The translations under genes and the position numbers were made by a program. A stretch of 64,000 nt of DNA, taken from Saccostrea cucullata. Its lineage: Eukaryota. The notes beneath the pieces are model-generated. The model saw only the letters and a list, made by a program, of their open reading frames with translations. It ran no database searches and was not told the origin of the DNA. Where the stretch lies: assembly GCF_032062105.1 (NCBI RefSeq), contig NW_026927343.1, forward strand, positions 186,001-250,000, read 5' to 3'. Numbering within the stretch: position 1 is the first letter of the stretch; each line of letters starts with the position of its first letter. Below, piece by piece: positions 51,199-64,000 of this stretch.

Positions 51199-53560
51199 TC
51201 ACTCCATTGGTATCCATCCCGGATAGATAAAACTACTGACGTCATTATTAAAGTCTTTTGCGAACCTTGAACCCGGGGCAAATACGGGTTTATAATACAG
51301 GGTTGTCCCCCCTGTCAACCACGCCACCCACCATCCGAAGGTCCCCACGGACATAATCGTGTGGTTTGTTAAGGACAATAGCGCCATATCCTCCGGTCCA
51401 GAATTACCTAATGATATGTGCACATTTGTTTTGTTCTTAAAGGCGTCCTTGGTCCATTTGAGGTCATCCGACGCAACTATGAATAAAACGCTTGGATACA
51501 AATTTTCAAAGTAATCCAATGAGTTTTCATAATAGCTAGCATTAGGAGTTATTTGACCGTAGTCATTCACAGGTTTAGAGGTGTAGTCCCCACGTCTTAC
51601 ATGCACTCCCACTAGCGTGGAATTTTTGGAACAACAAGTAAACCCGGATGTTCCTATGATATCTGCTAGCTGCTTCCTGGCTCTCTCTGTTATTCTGTCT
51701 TGGAATTTAAATGTCTGACGAAGACCGTTTTCACGCTGGATCCAGTATTTCCAGGACTGCAAATATCCATTAAATTTAGCACTCTGAAATATTGGCACAT
51801 TTATAAGTTGTTCATCGAATGAACAAGCCCATTTCTCAGAAAAGGTTGGAATGCTATCACAAGCTTTGTTTTCTTCACCAATTTGTTTCAAAGTCGTTTT
51901 ATTAATTTTGAAAACATTGCCGAGTTCAAAGTTTTCGGGGATTACAGGATACAGTCCTTTAGATTTAGAAATACTGTATAGAAAGGCATACTGAAACATC
52001 AGGTTTCCGAGTCTTCCACGGAATCCTATACAAGCTTTCGGCAAACCTTGATGTGGTATTCTATTTATGGACAGTAATTTGGAAATGACCACCAAAGCAG
52101 CTAGCGTAAACAATCCTATTTCTGCAATAAGAAGTAATGCGTAATAAAAATTAAATGCACTAAATCTCCTATTTATCTGAATGAATAAGATTAGGTTATC
52201 GCTGCTCTTGATCTCTCGTGCAGATTTGACTGAATGTCAAACATTCTTGAGATAAATAAATACAGATCAAAACTAGAAGTACTGTGAGCAATGAGCTCAC
52301 TTTATAGTAACCCCCCCCCCGCCTCCCATATAAATATAATGACAATATAATGACAGTATCCATGTTTTGCTCTGGAAAATCCAAAATATATGTCAGATCA
52401 AAAAATAAAATAAGAGGTGCACAATGGCAATATGTATCAAAGATTCTGTGAACGTTTCGTTAAATTTCATTCAGTGGTATGAGAGAAGTTGCGGATAGGA
52501 GATGGGTACTCTAAAGCATAACAGACGGACGGATGGACATACTGATTACTATATACCCTCCCACTTCTCAAGCGGGGGTATAATAAAGTTAGATTGACAA
52601 TCTATGACCCTGAAATTTTTTCGGTGTTATTTTGTTTCATTGTTCCATTTTCTTCAAAATTGAAAGCAAATAAAACATTGAGAACAAAATTATTAGACTA
52701 TGAAATTAGAACTGATATCAAGCATAATGAATAGCTAGAAAAAAAGTTTAAAGTCACAACAAAGTCTTTTGTAAATGTGTAAGTTATGTCGAAACGCATT
52801 AATGATAAGTGTGTTTGTTATCACTCTATAGGTAAGAAAATTATCCAAAAACAGTCAGACTATAAAAAGTCGAAATGTTTTTTTTACCCATTTCAATAGC
52901 AAGATAAGGGTAAAAAAAAGAAAATGTGTATATTTTACATCAGACTTTGGTGATCAATTTGTATACAGAGATTCTTGCGACTTCTGTTGACCTCATTTAA
53001 TTTAAATGACTCTTCCTTTTATGGAACTCAAGGGGAGTGGTTAATCATTATATTGGAATTATCTACAGCAAAAATGACTGCTAAATGTTCACTTTAAACA
53101 TATTTTGCTTTCGCGGTAATTCCTTAATATAAATTTAAGCGAGGGAAAAGTTCAATGACGGTTTACATAATTTACAAAAGCCTTTATCTTAAGTACACGA
53201 GATATTTGTAATCCAAATGGAAAAAATTATATCTTTGAGTTTTTTCTCACTGCAAACAATAGATTCTGATGTACATCAAACACTATTTCTATTGTACGAA
53301 ACACTCAGGCGAGCTAAAATGTATTGACGTCATCTTAATTATTATAATTAACATAAGTCAATACCGGTAATTACACGTACCTCAAACTTTAAAGGTATTC
53401 GAAAGAAAATCTACTTATTATATATTCGACTAAATTGCTTACAATAAAATTGTCTTGTATTATCTAGAGAGAAGATGATTTGTGGACACAGAGAGTATAT
53501 TATAACAAATTGAATTCTATTCTTCTACTTACTTAGGAGATATTTTGATAATTTCCGCAT
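51199..53560 (-). CDS. Galactoside alpha-1,2-fucosyltransferase (CAZy GT11, FUT1/FUT2-like), intact; exons 53533-53560 and 51199-52121
   Basis: GT11 motifs GRLGNLMFQYA, GYLQSWKY, VGVHVRRGDY, FIVASDD and DMALLS...GTFGWW. A phase-1 join of exon 1 (CTAA|gtaagt) to the acceptor at 52122 gives MRKLSKYLLKIGLFTLAALVVISKLLSI, a type II Golgi anchor. Orthology to FUT1 versus FUT2 cannot be assigned. Confidence 0.92.
52270..52582 (+). mobile_element. Short HINE-like element in the fucosyltransferase intron, specific to copy 2
   Basis: actagaag... start, GGAC microsatellite, hairpin tataccctcccacttctcaagcgggggtata. The empty site tcaaaataaag is at ~37161. Confidence 0.8.
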
Positions 53561-55519
53561 TATTCATTTCCCATCCACAACACGTGGTTCCCATTGAAGA
53601 ACATTACACCCAAATTCTGTCAGATGATATTGCAGTAAGTTGATATCTGTGCAGTCTTAACTTCAATAAATTTTTATCTCGACACAAAGGGACTGATAAA
53701 CGCCTCATACAGGTAAATCACTCAGCGATCTGGTCAGGGATACAGTATCAGAGGAGTTTGTGAGGCAAAAGTAATGGTTCTGTTTTCCTTTCTATATGTG
53801 AAATTATAACTGAAGGAAATACCAACTAAATGGAAAATTTACACAAAGGAAATAAAAACACAAACGTCATGGTACAAACATTCCGAAGTATATGTCAATA
53901 AAGCCAGCATTATGTTGTTATGTAGATAAGAATTTTTACTTAAACAAGGATCTGATTTTGTATTTTTTTATTTTGATATTTTATCAAATTTTATCAAATG
54001 AAATCGATGTACAATGTAGGATTTTTCTAATTGTTGGAATTATGCGATGCATAAGTATTTTAGCTATTTAAGATCCCTCTGATAAAAACTTTAACAGGTC
54101 GAGGAAACTATTTTCTGTGACGTCAGAATAAAATAACATGTTAAGTGAGGAACCAACGTGACTGACAAATCGACCAATCAGCTCAATGAGTTGCATTATG
54201 GTCTACTACAAAAATACTACACATGTTTTTCTAAAAGGCCAATTTTTAAAATCGCTCCCGGAAAAACGTGATGCATTTTTCCAAGCATTTTACACACTTA
54301 ATACAATATGAACATCATTATCTACTGATTCCATGCTCACATTTATATACAAATGATTTACAATGATAAAAATTAGGGTTAAATCTCCACTCCATTGTAC
54401 AAGTCCGTTTGTTGACAGCTTTCCCCGTGCTGTATAGATGTACGGTCAGTGAAAAGTCAATTTCATGTGACTATTCCTTGGTCCAAAAACAATCAACTCT
54501 GAGGTGTGCTCACGTATTGTTAATGTTTGCTACGTACACAACTTCGAAATATATGCTACTCATGTTCTATGATCAATGGGCATGAGGGTTTATATGACAG
54601 GTAAATAATTTTTTTCAAAAATGCAACTTCAGAATCCCTTTTTTTTTTTTTTTTATAAAATGCAACTTTTAATTTTTGGTAACAAATAACTGAGCAACAA
54701 CTACTTAAATTTAACCAGTAACATGGCAAATTATCGAACATCGAGTTAAAAAATTAAGTCTTATTTACTAGTGAAGACTTTGTGAGCGGTATTTCAAAGT
54801 ACTATTTAACAAGGAAAAGTTACTTTATTTGTTAATGTGAGCATGGGGAATCTTAATTAGTACCCAATCTTCGTATTTTTCATGATAAATTTCAAGAAGA
54901 TCGTTAGCTGACTTCCCTGCAGTCGTTTGAAATCGCGTCCTAAAATTCCCTGACCCACGTGTTTGTAGTAAAAATAAACATGTAGTAGACCATCATGCTT
55001 TTCGGCTCATTCACTGGATTGGACCATTGCTTGCTGTGAGCACCTTTGTGCGCAATCGCAACAATATCCATATAAGGTAGTTTCCACGACCTGTTTAATA
55101 CTAACTGCATATTATAAATCACTGTTTATCCTTTATGAGTATTCTCATAACAATATCTTGTTTTACATTTGTATTTATAAAAGGTTTTAAGAAACCAATA
55201 TCATTTGGTGATGGTATCCAATAATCTTGCATGATCAATGTCAAATCAAGTTTATTAATTAGATTTTCCCTTGTCATTAAAGTTCATAAACCCTCTGCTC
55301 ACTCATATAAAATGTTGCTTTAACCTCAATGATTTTCAAAAAGAAATGTATTTTTTAAGTAAAATGCAAACAATTATAGCATATAGCTTGCGGGGCAAAA
55401 GTGGACAAAAAAGACATTTCAACTTGACAAATCTATAAAGGAATTTCTGTCATTAAGAGTTATCTCTCTTATCAGAGTATCGATGAACCTAAAGAATAAA
55501 ATAAAATACTGTATGTGTG

Positions 55520-56381
55520 GATTTGAATTCGTTATAACGAAATCAACAAATTTGTTATAACAGATTAAATTCTTTTAAACGAATTCAAAGAAATTGTCAT
55601 AACGAATTTAAAAATATATTAAAAATATTTTTCGATAGGTCTTAAATGGGCTTCCGTACTTGAACATTTATTTCCTTTTAAAAAAAATATATAGGGGAAA
55701 TTCTGATTAGTGCGGAAGCCCATTTAGGACCTATCGAAAAATATTATTGAATCCGATATATAACGAATTGTCGAATTTTTTAAAACGAATTTATTTCGTT
55801 ATAACAATTTCTATGATTTTGTTATAACGATTTTAAGCTGTTATAACAAATTTGTTGAATTCATTATAGAAAATTCTTTCATTTGTTACAACGAATTAAA
55901 TTTGTTAACACGAATTAAAAAATTTGTTATAACAAATTAAATTCGTTTAAACAAATTCTTAAGTTTGTTATAACAAATGAAATTCTTTAAAACAAATTCC
56001 AAAGTTTGTTATAACGAATTAAATTCGTTTGATCGAATTCAATTATCAGGGTCTATATAGAAAAATATATATGAATTCGATATTACTATTTGTCGAATTC
56101 GTTTTACCGAATTTAATTCGTTATAACAAATTATGGAATTCATTTAATTGAAGTTAATTCGTTATTACAAGTTTTAGAATCTGTTAAAACGAGTTTAATT
56201 CGTATTAACCAATTTTTGAATTCGTTATAACGAAATCAACAAATTTGTTATAACAGATTTAATTCTTTATAACGAATTCAAAGAAATTGTTATAACGAAT
56301 TAAATTCGTAATAACAATTTGGACAATTCGTAATATCGGATTAAAAAATATTTTTTAATGGTTCCTAAATGGTCTTCCGTA
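55520..56381. mobile_element. MITE (55711-56381) with internal short gttataacgaatt repeats, plus an adjacent partial copy ending at ~55658
   Basis: TIR cggaagcccatttag / ctaaatggtcttccg. The internal arrays of ~22-bp units switch orientation around the centre. Confidence 0.8.
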
Positions 56382-57062
56382 TTCAAGTTATATCTACGCT
56401 TGAATTTTTTTTTCGTAAATGCTGGAGTAGCTATTTTATGAAAAAAATTAAGCATGTTAAGATTGCAGTTTGTTGAAAATCATCTTTATTTGATATAATT
56501 TATAACGTATGTACTTAGATATTTATTTCACTTACTTCAGATTATTTCTTAAAGTCTTTGACTGTTAATTTAACAATTTATAAAAAGACATTAATCTGAA
56601 TAATTTTAAGAAGCAGAAACTAAACGAGATATTTCCATGTTCATTAAAATGTATACAAATACAAATACAAATATTTTATTAGTAATTGGTAAAGGCCCAT
56701 AGAAAACATAGTGATAAGTATGAAAATACAGTAGAACACAACTAGGATACAAACAATTGGTGTAGCAAATTATGTATTGTACTTATCAGATACTAAATAC
56801 ATACATGATTCAGTACAATGTAGTTACTCATTTATGACTTAAGTATTTTTTCTTATATCAGATATTTGACATAAAAATGATGATAATATTTTAAGAACCT
56901 TTTTACAACTAATATTCATCAATACTTTTAACAATTTTTGATTATTATCAATTGTTTAAATTATACATGTAGCTCCTACTAGATTTCATTAAATATGACC
57001 ACCATTTTAAAAAAAAAACAATTGTAGAATTATGAGGAACAGAGTATGATTTTTAAAGGAAA

Positions 57063-57720
57063 AATATGGAAATAACGAACTGTATTCAAGATCAAAAGTC
57101 CATTAAACAATGCAAAATAAGAACAGAGCAAACAAGGACCTCCATATCATCAAAAGTTGCTTTAAAATTGTTCATACATAAAACATGCTCTTGCGTATCG
57201 ATTCGATCACTTAAGATGTATAAACTCCGTACACAGGTGATGAAGGTACATTGCTGCATAAGTAAGGGAAGTTGACAATAGAAAAGTTAAAATCATCAAC
57301 AATTATCATAAAGCTTAATTAGATGTTTGATTACTATTAAAGTCTTTTTCAAGTAAAATATCCAAATATAAAACAGATGTGTCAGAGTCTGTGGTATCTT
57401 TTATCTCAAGCTCACCATGATATATCGTATCGACCTAAGAACGGAAATCATTTTTTGTCGACAATACGTCGTCGATATACAAAAATATTGAGTTGAAGGC
57501 CATATCAAGTATTTTCTTCTTTTCATATGAATATAAAAAAAAGTGGGCTAATATGACGCGCAATTGGTACCCATATGCATGGGATTTCCAATAGATTGCT
57601 GGAAGATCTTGTCTCCAAAAACCACATAGATATTGTCAATCAGAAACTCAAGCATCTGTGTGATGTCAACTTCAAAGTACGTATGTGTTCAATCAGAATG
57701 TTTATAACAAAATAGTTTTG
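57063..57720 (-). mobile_element. Decayed Penelope-like reverse transcriptase remnant
   Basis: Minus-strand fragments include YIDDVLS and a disrupted GIPMGTNCA-like motif, next to the same tail as the 45872 fragment. Confidence 0.7.
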
Positions 57721-59469
57721 CAAATGACTAATGACAAGGTAAATAAATTAATGAGTTCCAGTTTTATGGAAAAAACAGCAGTGAATGATATCAAATAAAT
57801 CCTAAACTGGTTATGTATAAGGTTGGAAAGTCGTACGGTTTAAGCTGTAGGTTTTGGCAAAAATCTTTTGATTTCATCTTGTCCAAATGTTCCTTGGACT
57901 TTTTAAGTACTAGTATCAGAATCTGATTTACACTTCTTAAATATATTGTTGCACAGTACTCTTGACGTTTATGCTTCACAACTGTTAATATCTAAGTGAG
58001 GAGTACAGAATAAGGCTTTGTTGAGCATTTACTGGAAAGCGCTTTGTATCTTTGTAAGATTTTTTATAAAGTTTCGGAATCCAATATAAATATGGTAGTC
58101 CAAGTTTATTTTGGTTCCTTGAGATCATAAAAATATTCAAAACTGACATATTATTTTGAAAAATTTCTTCCTTAGAAACAGAACTATGAGTATAAAGTGA
58201 ATTATAACTTGTAGAATTAAATCCAATTGCAAGTTCTTTTAAAATACAATTTATATAATTAGCCTTACATACAAAGCCAATGTTGTTATCTGCTTTGTCA
58301 GCAGAGACCAGTGCTGTACCTACAGATCATGTAATCTATCTAATTCTTTTTTCACTTCTGGATTGTTGGATAAGGAGGATTGACGGTTTTCATTCAGCCC
58401 CTGAATGTTTCAATACGCGATTGTAACATAGATCTGATACATTTAATTCATTCTGACAAAATGTCAACATGCATCTCTTTTTCCTACATGTATCTAGACC
58501 ATCGATCGCCTAGCGTAATCTTCTACAGAATCCATAATATTTATGAAATTCTGACGCCAGTTGAAGGATAGTTGTTCCCCATAGTTAGGTTTATTTATTA
58601 TTGATCTAATGTCCTTATTATGAACTATATTGATGTCACCTGTGATAACGTATCCAGCAGGATGATAATCATCAGGTGAAGAAGAACAAGAACACGACGG
58701 AGTATTATGTTTTAGATATGGACCATCTCTGCACTGGCCCTAAATTTCAGGATACTTTTGTATATTTTGATAGAACAATCATTTGATATAAAAACTTTAA
58801 AAATGTCATTCAGCACTGTATAACAGAAGGGGGAAATAAGTTTAATAATCTATGCCATAGAACACAGGAGAAATGATCAGTTTAAAAACCCACATTTAAT
58901 ATTAAAAGTAAATAGTCTTTGTACGGACACAAAGAATACCACAGTTAAATAAGCACATCATTCATAATATAATAATAGTGATAAAATTTACATAATGTAT
59001 AAATATGTATTTAACATACATAAGTTAACTAGCTATAAAAAATGGTGACATTAATGAGCAATAATACAAACAAACAGTTCTTAATTTTCTCTCAGACAAA
59101 CTGGGATTCTACAATATTTAATAATATTTAATATAGTAGCAGACAATACATTCTGTTTTAGATTGAAAAGCAAAAAAGGGGTATTTTTTTTCTAAAAATA
59201 AACACATACATAGTGACATAGTTAAATACTGAATTAACACTGCATAATTATAATGTTAACTAAGCATGTCATACTTTAGAAAACAAAGAAAATAAACTTT
59301 GATACGTTGCATGGTCTTACACATTTTCTTCACAAATGCACGTATAGTGATACCATGAGTTATTTTACATTCAATTTCACAGGAAAAAAAAAACTTCTCT
59401 CAAAAATGTATGTTTACTTCATTACCACAGCTATTAGTACTTTTTCATGTGTTTCAGATATTTACAAAA

Positions 59470-59539
59470 CTTTCAACCACACACGCCTTATGAATTTTCA
59501 ACCACACGCCTTATGAGTTTTCAACCACACGCCTTATGA
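59470..59539. repeat. 3 x ~23-bp tandem repeat
   Basis: tttcaaccacacgccttatga occurs three times. Confidence 0.9.
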
Positions 59540-60944
59540 GAAAAAGGGTCAAAGCAGAACACAATTTTTTGGACAATGAATATGAGTAAGAAAAGGATGT
59601 TAACTGTTTTCATCATTGTTCAGGAGATAGAAAGACTGATGCGATTGTCCAGCTAATGTCTCAGTTGAGTACCTGAGGTCCTTCCATTAAAATGTACATG
59701 ACATTTACGTTTACCTACAACTGTATATCCATGATTTGTTAATATATATGTTTACAAGTACTTAAAATCATTTTTTTCTCAAAAATTCAATTTTCAATGC
59801 ATGGCACATCATGATAATCCTCAGAACAAATCACATTAAAAAAATTCTTACCCTATGCCATTATAGGGGAGATTCTAAAATATTCTTATGTAAGTCACAT
59901 ATTCTCACATATCACATGAAAATACAAATATTTAATACTTCATATGAACTTTAGAAGTAATATGCATAATAAAAATAATAACATAGAAATATATACATGT
60001 CAGATTATACATAATATAGAAATATTGTGTCAGACAACATGTACAATTTGTTTTTATTTCTTACTGACAAATGATATGTAATTTTAATTCTATTCTCAGA
60101 ATTCTCTTCACACAGTCAAACTGAATTTATTTGAATCAAAATGGAATATTTAGTGACATAGCTTACTTTCTAATGATTGAAAGAAGTAGGAAGAGTCTGT
60201 TAAGCTGTTTAGGGTTAACTACAGTCAACAAAATCTGAGTGTAAACAAATCCAAAATGTTTGATTTCTTTGTGTGAAACTGAATATCATAGTAAAATGTG
60301 TAATGAGAAACATACACCTGGGATACCTGCTTGGCAGTTAATTAATGAAAGCCCTTCGTGGAATGTAATGGGGACTAATTAAGCTTTTTACAGAGAAAGG
60401 AAAATGGATTTCATAACGAAAAGGAGTACATTTGAAACAAATGTATGTAACAAATTCTTATCAAAAACTAGGTCCTGGTTGTAACTGATATTCCAATTCT
60501 GATTAAAGATAAAATGCTAATTTATCAAATTTTATCCAGGACTTAAGTTATAAAACAAAACTGAATTTGTCAATTACACTGACCATCACAAATTGAGCTC
60601 TCTAACTTAACTCGGAAAACAACATTATACCCCAGCAAACAATAACAGAAACTCAGATAATATTTAATTCTATAAAAAAAATTTGGTTTCATTAACAGGT
60701 TTATATTTTTGCCTGTAAACAGATATCTAATTCTATTAAAAAAAAAACATTCGGTTTTTTTTAACAGGTTTATATTTTAGCATGTCATATCTAAAAAGTG
60801 TTTACCTTCAAAATAAATCCATGTACATGTATTTCAAAATGAATATATAATGAGAATCCTTGTGACACACTAAACTTACTTCCCTCTGCGTGAAAGAAAC
60901 AAAAAAGATAAAAATTGATTCCTATTTGTTAAGTTCTAAGTTAA

Positions 60945-62432
60945 TCACTTGGATATGAGTTCCTTCTCCGAGGAGTCCTCACCCTCCTCCATTTTTTCTG
61001 ATATCTGAGCCATGTCCATTTTATGTTTAACCTTCATTTCCTGCCTCCGTACTTCGGTGTACGCCCCGGACCCGAATAACACGACAAAGTTACTGGTCCA
61101 CCAAAGCGTTGATTTGTGATCCTGGTAGTATATACACGCTATCACGGTCTGAGCGCAGGCTTTAGCTGTCCCCGATATGTTGTGGGTGAGAGGAGAGGTC
61201 ACCTGGATCTGTAATCCAGTTATGTATCCGATAGCGAATCCGAACACTCCTCCTATCGTCATGTAGGTCCAGAACGTTGTGTTCCCCAGTTTTGGGAAAT
61301 TCCAGACTTCTCCGATTTCGCCGAACACCAGCATGAGTGGGAGGAAGAGGAAGCAGGCGTTGACGTTGTTGTAGAAGGTCAGTCTCCAGATGTTGTTGTC
61401 CACCACGGGCAGGACTTTCTTTGTGTAAATAGAGTTCAAGGCCACACTGGCGCTCGCCAAGACCCCAAACACCACCCCCATCACAGACAGGGACCCTGAA
61501 ATAACAACGGATAACCACTGATAGGGCTGAAGTATAAATGACACTGAAATAGAAAGCATAATGATTACTAGAGCTCAAGTATAAAAATTTCATGAAGAGA
61601 TATAGGCATATGCCTACTTTTTAGATGTTACACTCTTTTCATGGGTACACTGTTTAACAGATAACATTTGTGAGTCTTTTTTTCAAAATCTTTTTTTTAC
61701 AAAGATACATTCAAAGTCATAAACATTTCATTAGAAATATTTTTAATTTAAACATGCTCATTGCACTGCATACTGAAGAGTTATAATTCTGTGGTATTTT
61801 TGTGCAGATTGAGTGATCTGCCCTTACATTTAGATTGTAAAAATCAAAATCTAATTTGGCTACAATCAATTAAAGCATTCTTAATCTTTCATTACTCCAG
61901 GTAAATTAACTTGACACTTTATTTCTATGTGGTTTCCTCATTTCAATAATCAACAATAATTTATTTTTGCTCTCAATTCTCAATTGTCTTTGTACATTTT
62001 CTCATTTTAAATATCTGCAATATTCATACCTTTTACAAAATTACTTTCTCAAGTGTCCAACAAATATATTTTTGATTGTAATAGAGAGTCCTTAACATTA
62101 CAATCACTGTAAAATCAGTTTCATTGGGACTTCAATTTCATTTATTTTGTTGTTTAAAATTAGCAACAAAATAAAATCCTACACAAAATTTTTATATGGT
62201 GAGATACTGAACATCGTGGTGCTTTCGAAACAACAAAATTTAATGCCTACAGACACTTTTTTTACCTGACAATTCACTGACATTTTATCCCCCTTAAAGT
62301 TTGTACATCTACAGTAGGTTTACCTGCCACTCCTTCTTGATCCACTCCCATGAAAAAGCCTCCAATGATGATCAGACAGCATACAATGGCCTTGACAGAG
62401 GTCGTCTGTTGTAGCATCGTGTAGGAAAACAC
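60945..62432 (-). CDS. SLC35C1: GDP-fucose transporter 1, last two exons (62324-62432 and 60945-61495); 5' exons lie beyond the right edge
   Basis: Spliced phase-1 translation [51 protein letters not shown]...IYTKKVLP...LTFYNNVNA...[21 protein letters not shown] matches SLC35C1 signature segments. Borders are canonical GT-AG. Confidence 0.95.
62105..62316. mobile_element. Degenerate Tc1/mariner-type MITE in an SLC35C1 intron
   Basis: actgtaaa ... tctacagta termini; weak internal inverted similarity. Confidence 0.45.
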
Positions 62433-62596
62433 CTGTGTTAAAATTAAAGTAATATAAGAACTGAACTACTACTGACTAGGCACATATTTCTAAGACAGCA
62501 CACAATGGCCTCGAATACCCTTGAGGTCTGTTGAAAAATTGTTAGATTGCAGATGAGAACTGCATTAAAGACAACATGAAGTGTATTGGAAGACAG

Positions 62597-63340
62597 AACA
62601 AGATGTGTTTGTGAAACACTATGCGCCCGGCGTCAACAAAGTTCGAAAAAGCTATTTTTAGTATATAGGTCACAGTCAAGGTCACAAGGTCATTGACCTT
62701 GGTGTTGTTTGTAAGAACTTAATTAGTGGGGTATGCATACTAAATATGAAGTTCCTATCTCCTATTGTTCAAAAGTTATGGCAAAAAGTGGAAAAAGCTA
62801 TTTTTAGCATATAGGTCACAGTCAAGGTCACATGGTCATTAACCTTGGTGTTGATTAAAAGAACTTCATTAGTGGAGAATGCATACTAAATAAGAAGTCC
62901 CTATCTCATATGGTTCAAAAGTTATGGCGAAAAGTGGAAAAAGCTATTTTTAGCATATACCGTAGGTCACAGTCAAGGTCACAAGGTCATTGACCTTGAT
63001 GTCATTTGAAAGAACTTCATTAGAGGAGTATACATACTAAATATGAAGTCCCTATCTCCTATGGTTCAAAAGTTATGGCAAACAGTGGAAAAAGCTATTT
63101 TTAGCATATAGGTCACAGTCAAGGTCACAAGGTCATTGACCTTGATGTCATTTGAAAGAACTTTATTAGAGGAGTATGCATACCAAATATGAAGTCTCTA
63201 TCTCTTACGGTTCAAAAGTTTTGGCAAAGGTTAAAGTTGACAACAGACAGACAGACAAACAGACAAACAGATAAACAGATAAACAGACAAACAGACAGGA
63301 CAAAAACAATATGCGCCCCGAAAAAATTCGGGCGCATAAA
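62597..63340 (+). mobile_element. Complete HINE/pearl-like element with ~147-bp monomers in an SLC35C1 intron
   Basis: subTIR tatgcgccc at both ends, about 4 monomers, an ACAG microsatellite, and the hairpin atgcgccccgaaaaaattcgggcgcat. Confidence 0.9.
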
Positions 63341-63632
63341 AATTCTACAACACAGGGTTTACAATCATCTACTAATATATAAATATCTAATAAAATTTTA
63401 ACAGCTAGATGAATTTAAAGTGTTCTACTTTGTAGTTATATAATTTGACTACAGTTTAAAAACAGAAATAAAACTAGCAAAAACAATGTTGCCAAAATTT
63501 AGCATTAATTTGGGCTGTAAGTATGTGTCCTTTTAAAACGGAACCATTTACTGACTTAGTTTAAGTAAATGACATATGTTTTACCTTCTTCGGTTATTAT
63601 AGGTTAGTAACGTAGAACTGAAACATTTTTAA

Positions 63633-64000
63633 TAGGGATGTCAAATCGGTCAATTTTTAATACTCGGTTACTCGGACGTTTTTCCAATCGAGTACCCGGG
63701 TACTCGGTAAAAGTGTAAATAAATATGAACAAGTAAACATTGTAAACTCTTGTAGAAATAAAACCACATGCTTTGATAGAAGGTTTACCCGTTAGTGTAT
63801 TTCTGTTGTAACAACGATGAGCACTTCATGCCCGATGAAATTTAATATAACATCATTTATGTTCAATTTATTCATCAGATAAACACAAGAAATAAAATCA
63901 TAAGTAGTTCACAGATTTTTTGTTTCAAAAATTAATCTGCTCCGTATATTGTAATGTAACTCTTTGTTGCGTTTGACGTCCAGGTATCAGTCGTACAGTT
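63633..64000 (+). mobile_element. Probable left end of a hAT-like MITE
   Basis: tagggatgtcaaatcg terminus followed by repeated tactcgg subterminal motifs. The other end is not in the window. Confidence 0.45.

Larger units (their letters stand above)
47460..54045. repeat. Segmental duplication copy 2
   Basis: Collinear with 32930-39390 apart from copy-specific insertions. Confidence 0.93.

Noticed and set aside
52111-52113. TTG start for the fucosyltransferase, or a bacterial-type intronless GT11 gene acquired by HGT
   Set aside because: An upstream ATG exon splices in phase and supplies a type II membrane anchor, which is normal animal gene structure.
55520-56381. CRISPR-like short repeat array
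   Set aside because: Eukaryotic context, degenerate abutting units without unique spacers, and enclosing TIRs indicate a MITE.
61496-61559. N-terminus of the 204-aa ORF as the true start of the transporter
   Set aside because: It is intronic read-through; a phase-matched acceptor at 61496 joins the 62324-62432 exon.

Overview
AT-rich, intron-containing eukaryotic DNA. It is very probably an oyster or related bivalve, inferred from ~166-bp Cg170-like satellite monomers carried inside Helentron-derived HINE elements and other bivalve-type repeats. Three host loci lie on the minus strand. (i) A spliced gene in which an NHL/TRIM-type beta-propeller exon joins in frame to a Roc-type P-loop GTPase exon (11.6-13.6 kb), with a candidate ISRE-bearing first exon near 27.6 kb. 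(ii) Two GT11 alpha-1,2-fucosyltransferase copies from a ~6.5-kb segmental duplication: one intact (51.2-53.6 kb) and one with three apparent lesions (36.1-38.9 kb). (iii) The last two exons of the Golgi GDP-fucose transporter SLC35C1 (60.9-62.4 kb), directly upstream of the intact fucosyltransferase and in the same orientation. The rest is mostly transposons: a Helitron2/Helentron ORF with a herpes-tegument-like deubiquitinase domain, broken by one 8-bp deletion and running off the left edge; a decayed full-length Gypsy element inserted in a SINE; a decayed LINE; Penelope-like remnants; many satellite-bearing HINEs; and MITEs, some with 5- or 6-bp TSDs or long hairpins. All calls come from manual reading and translation; no database searches were run.
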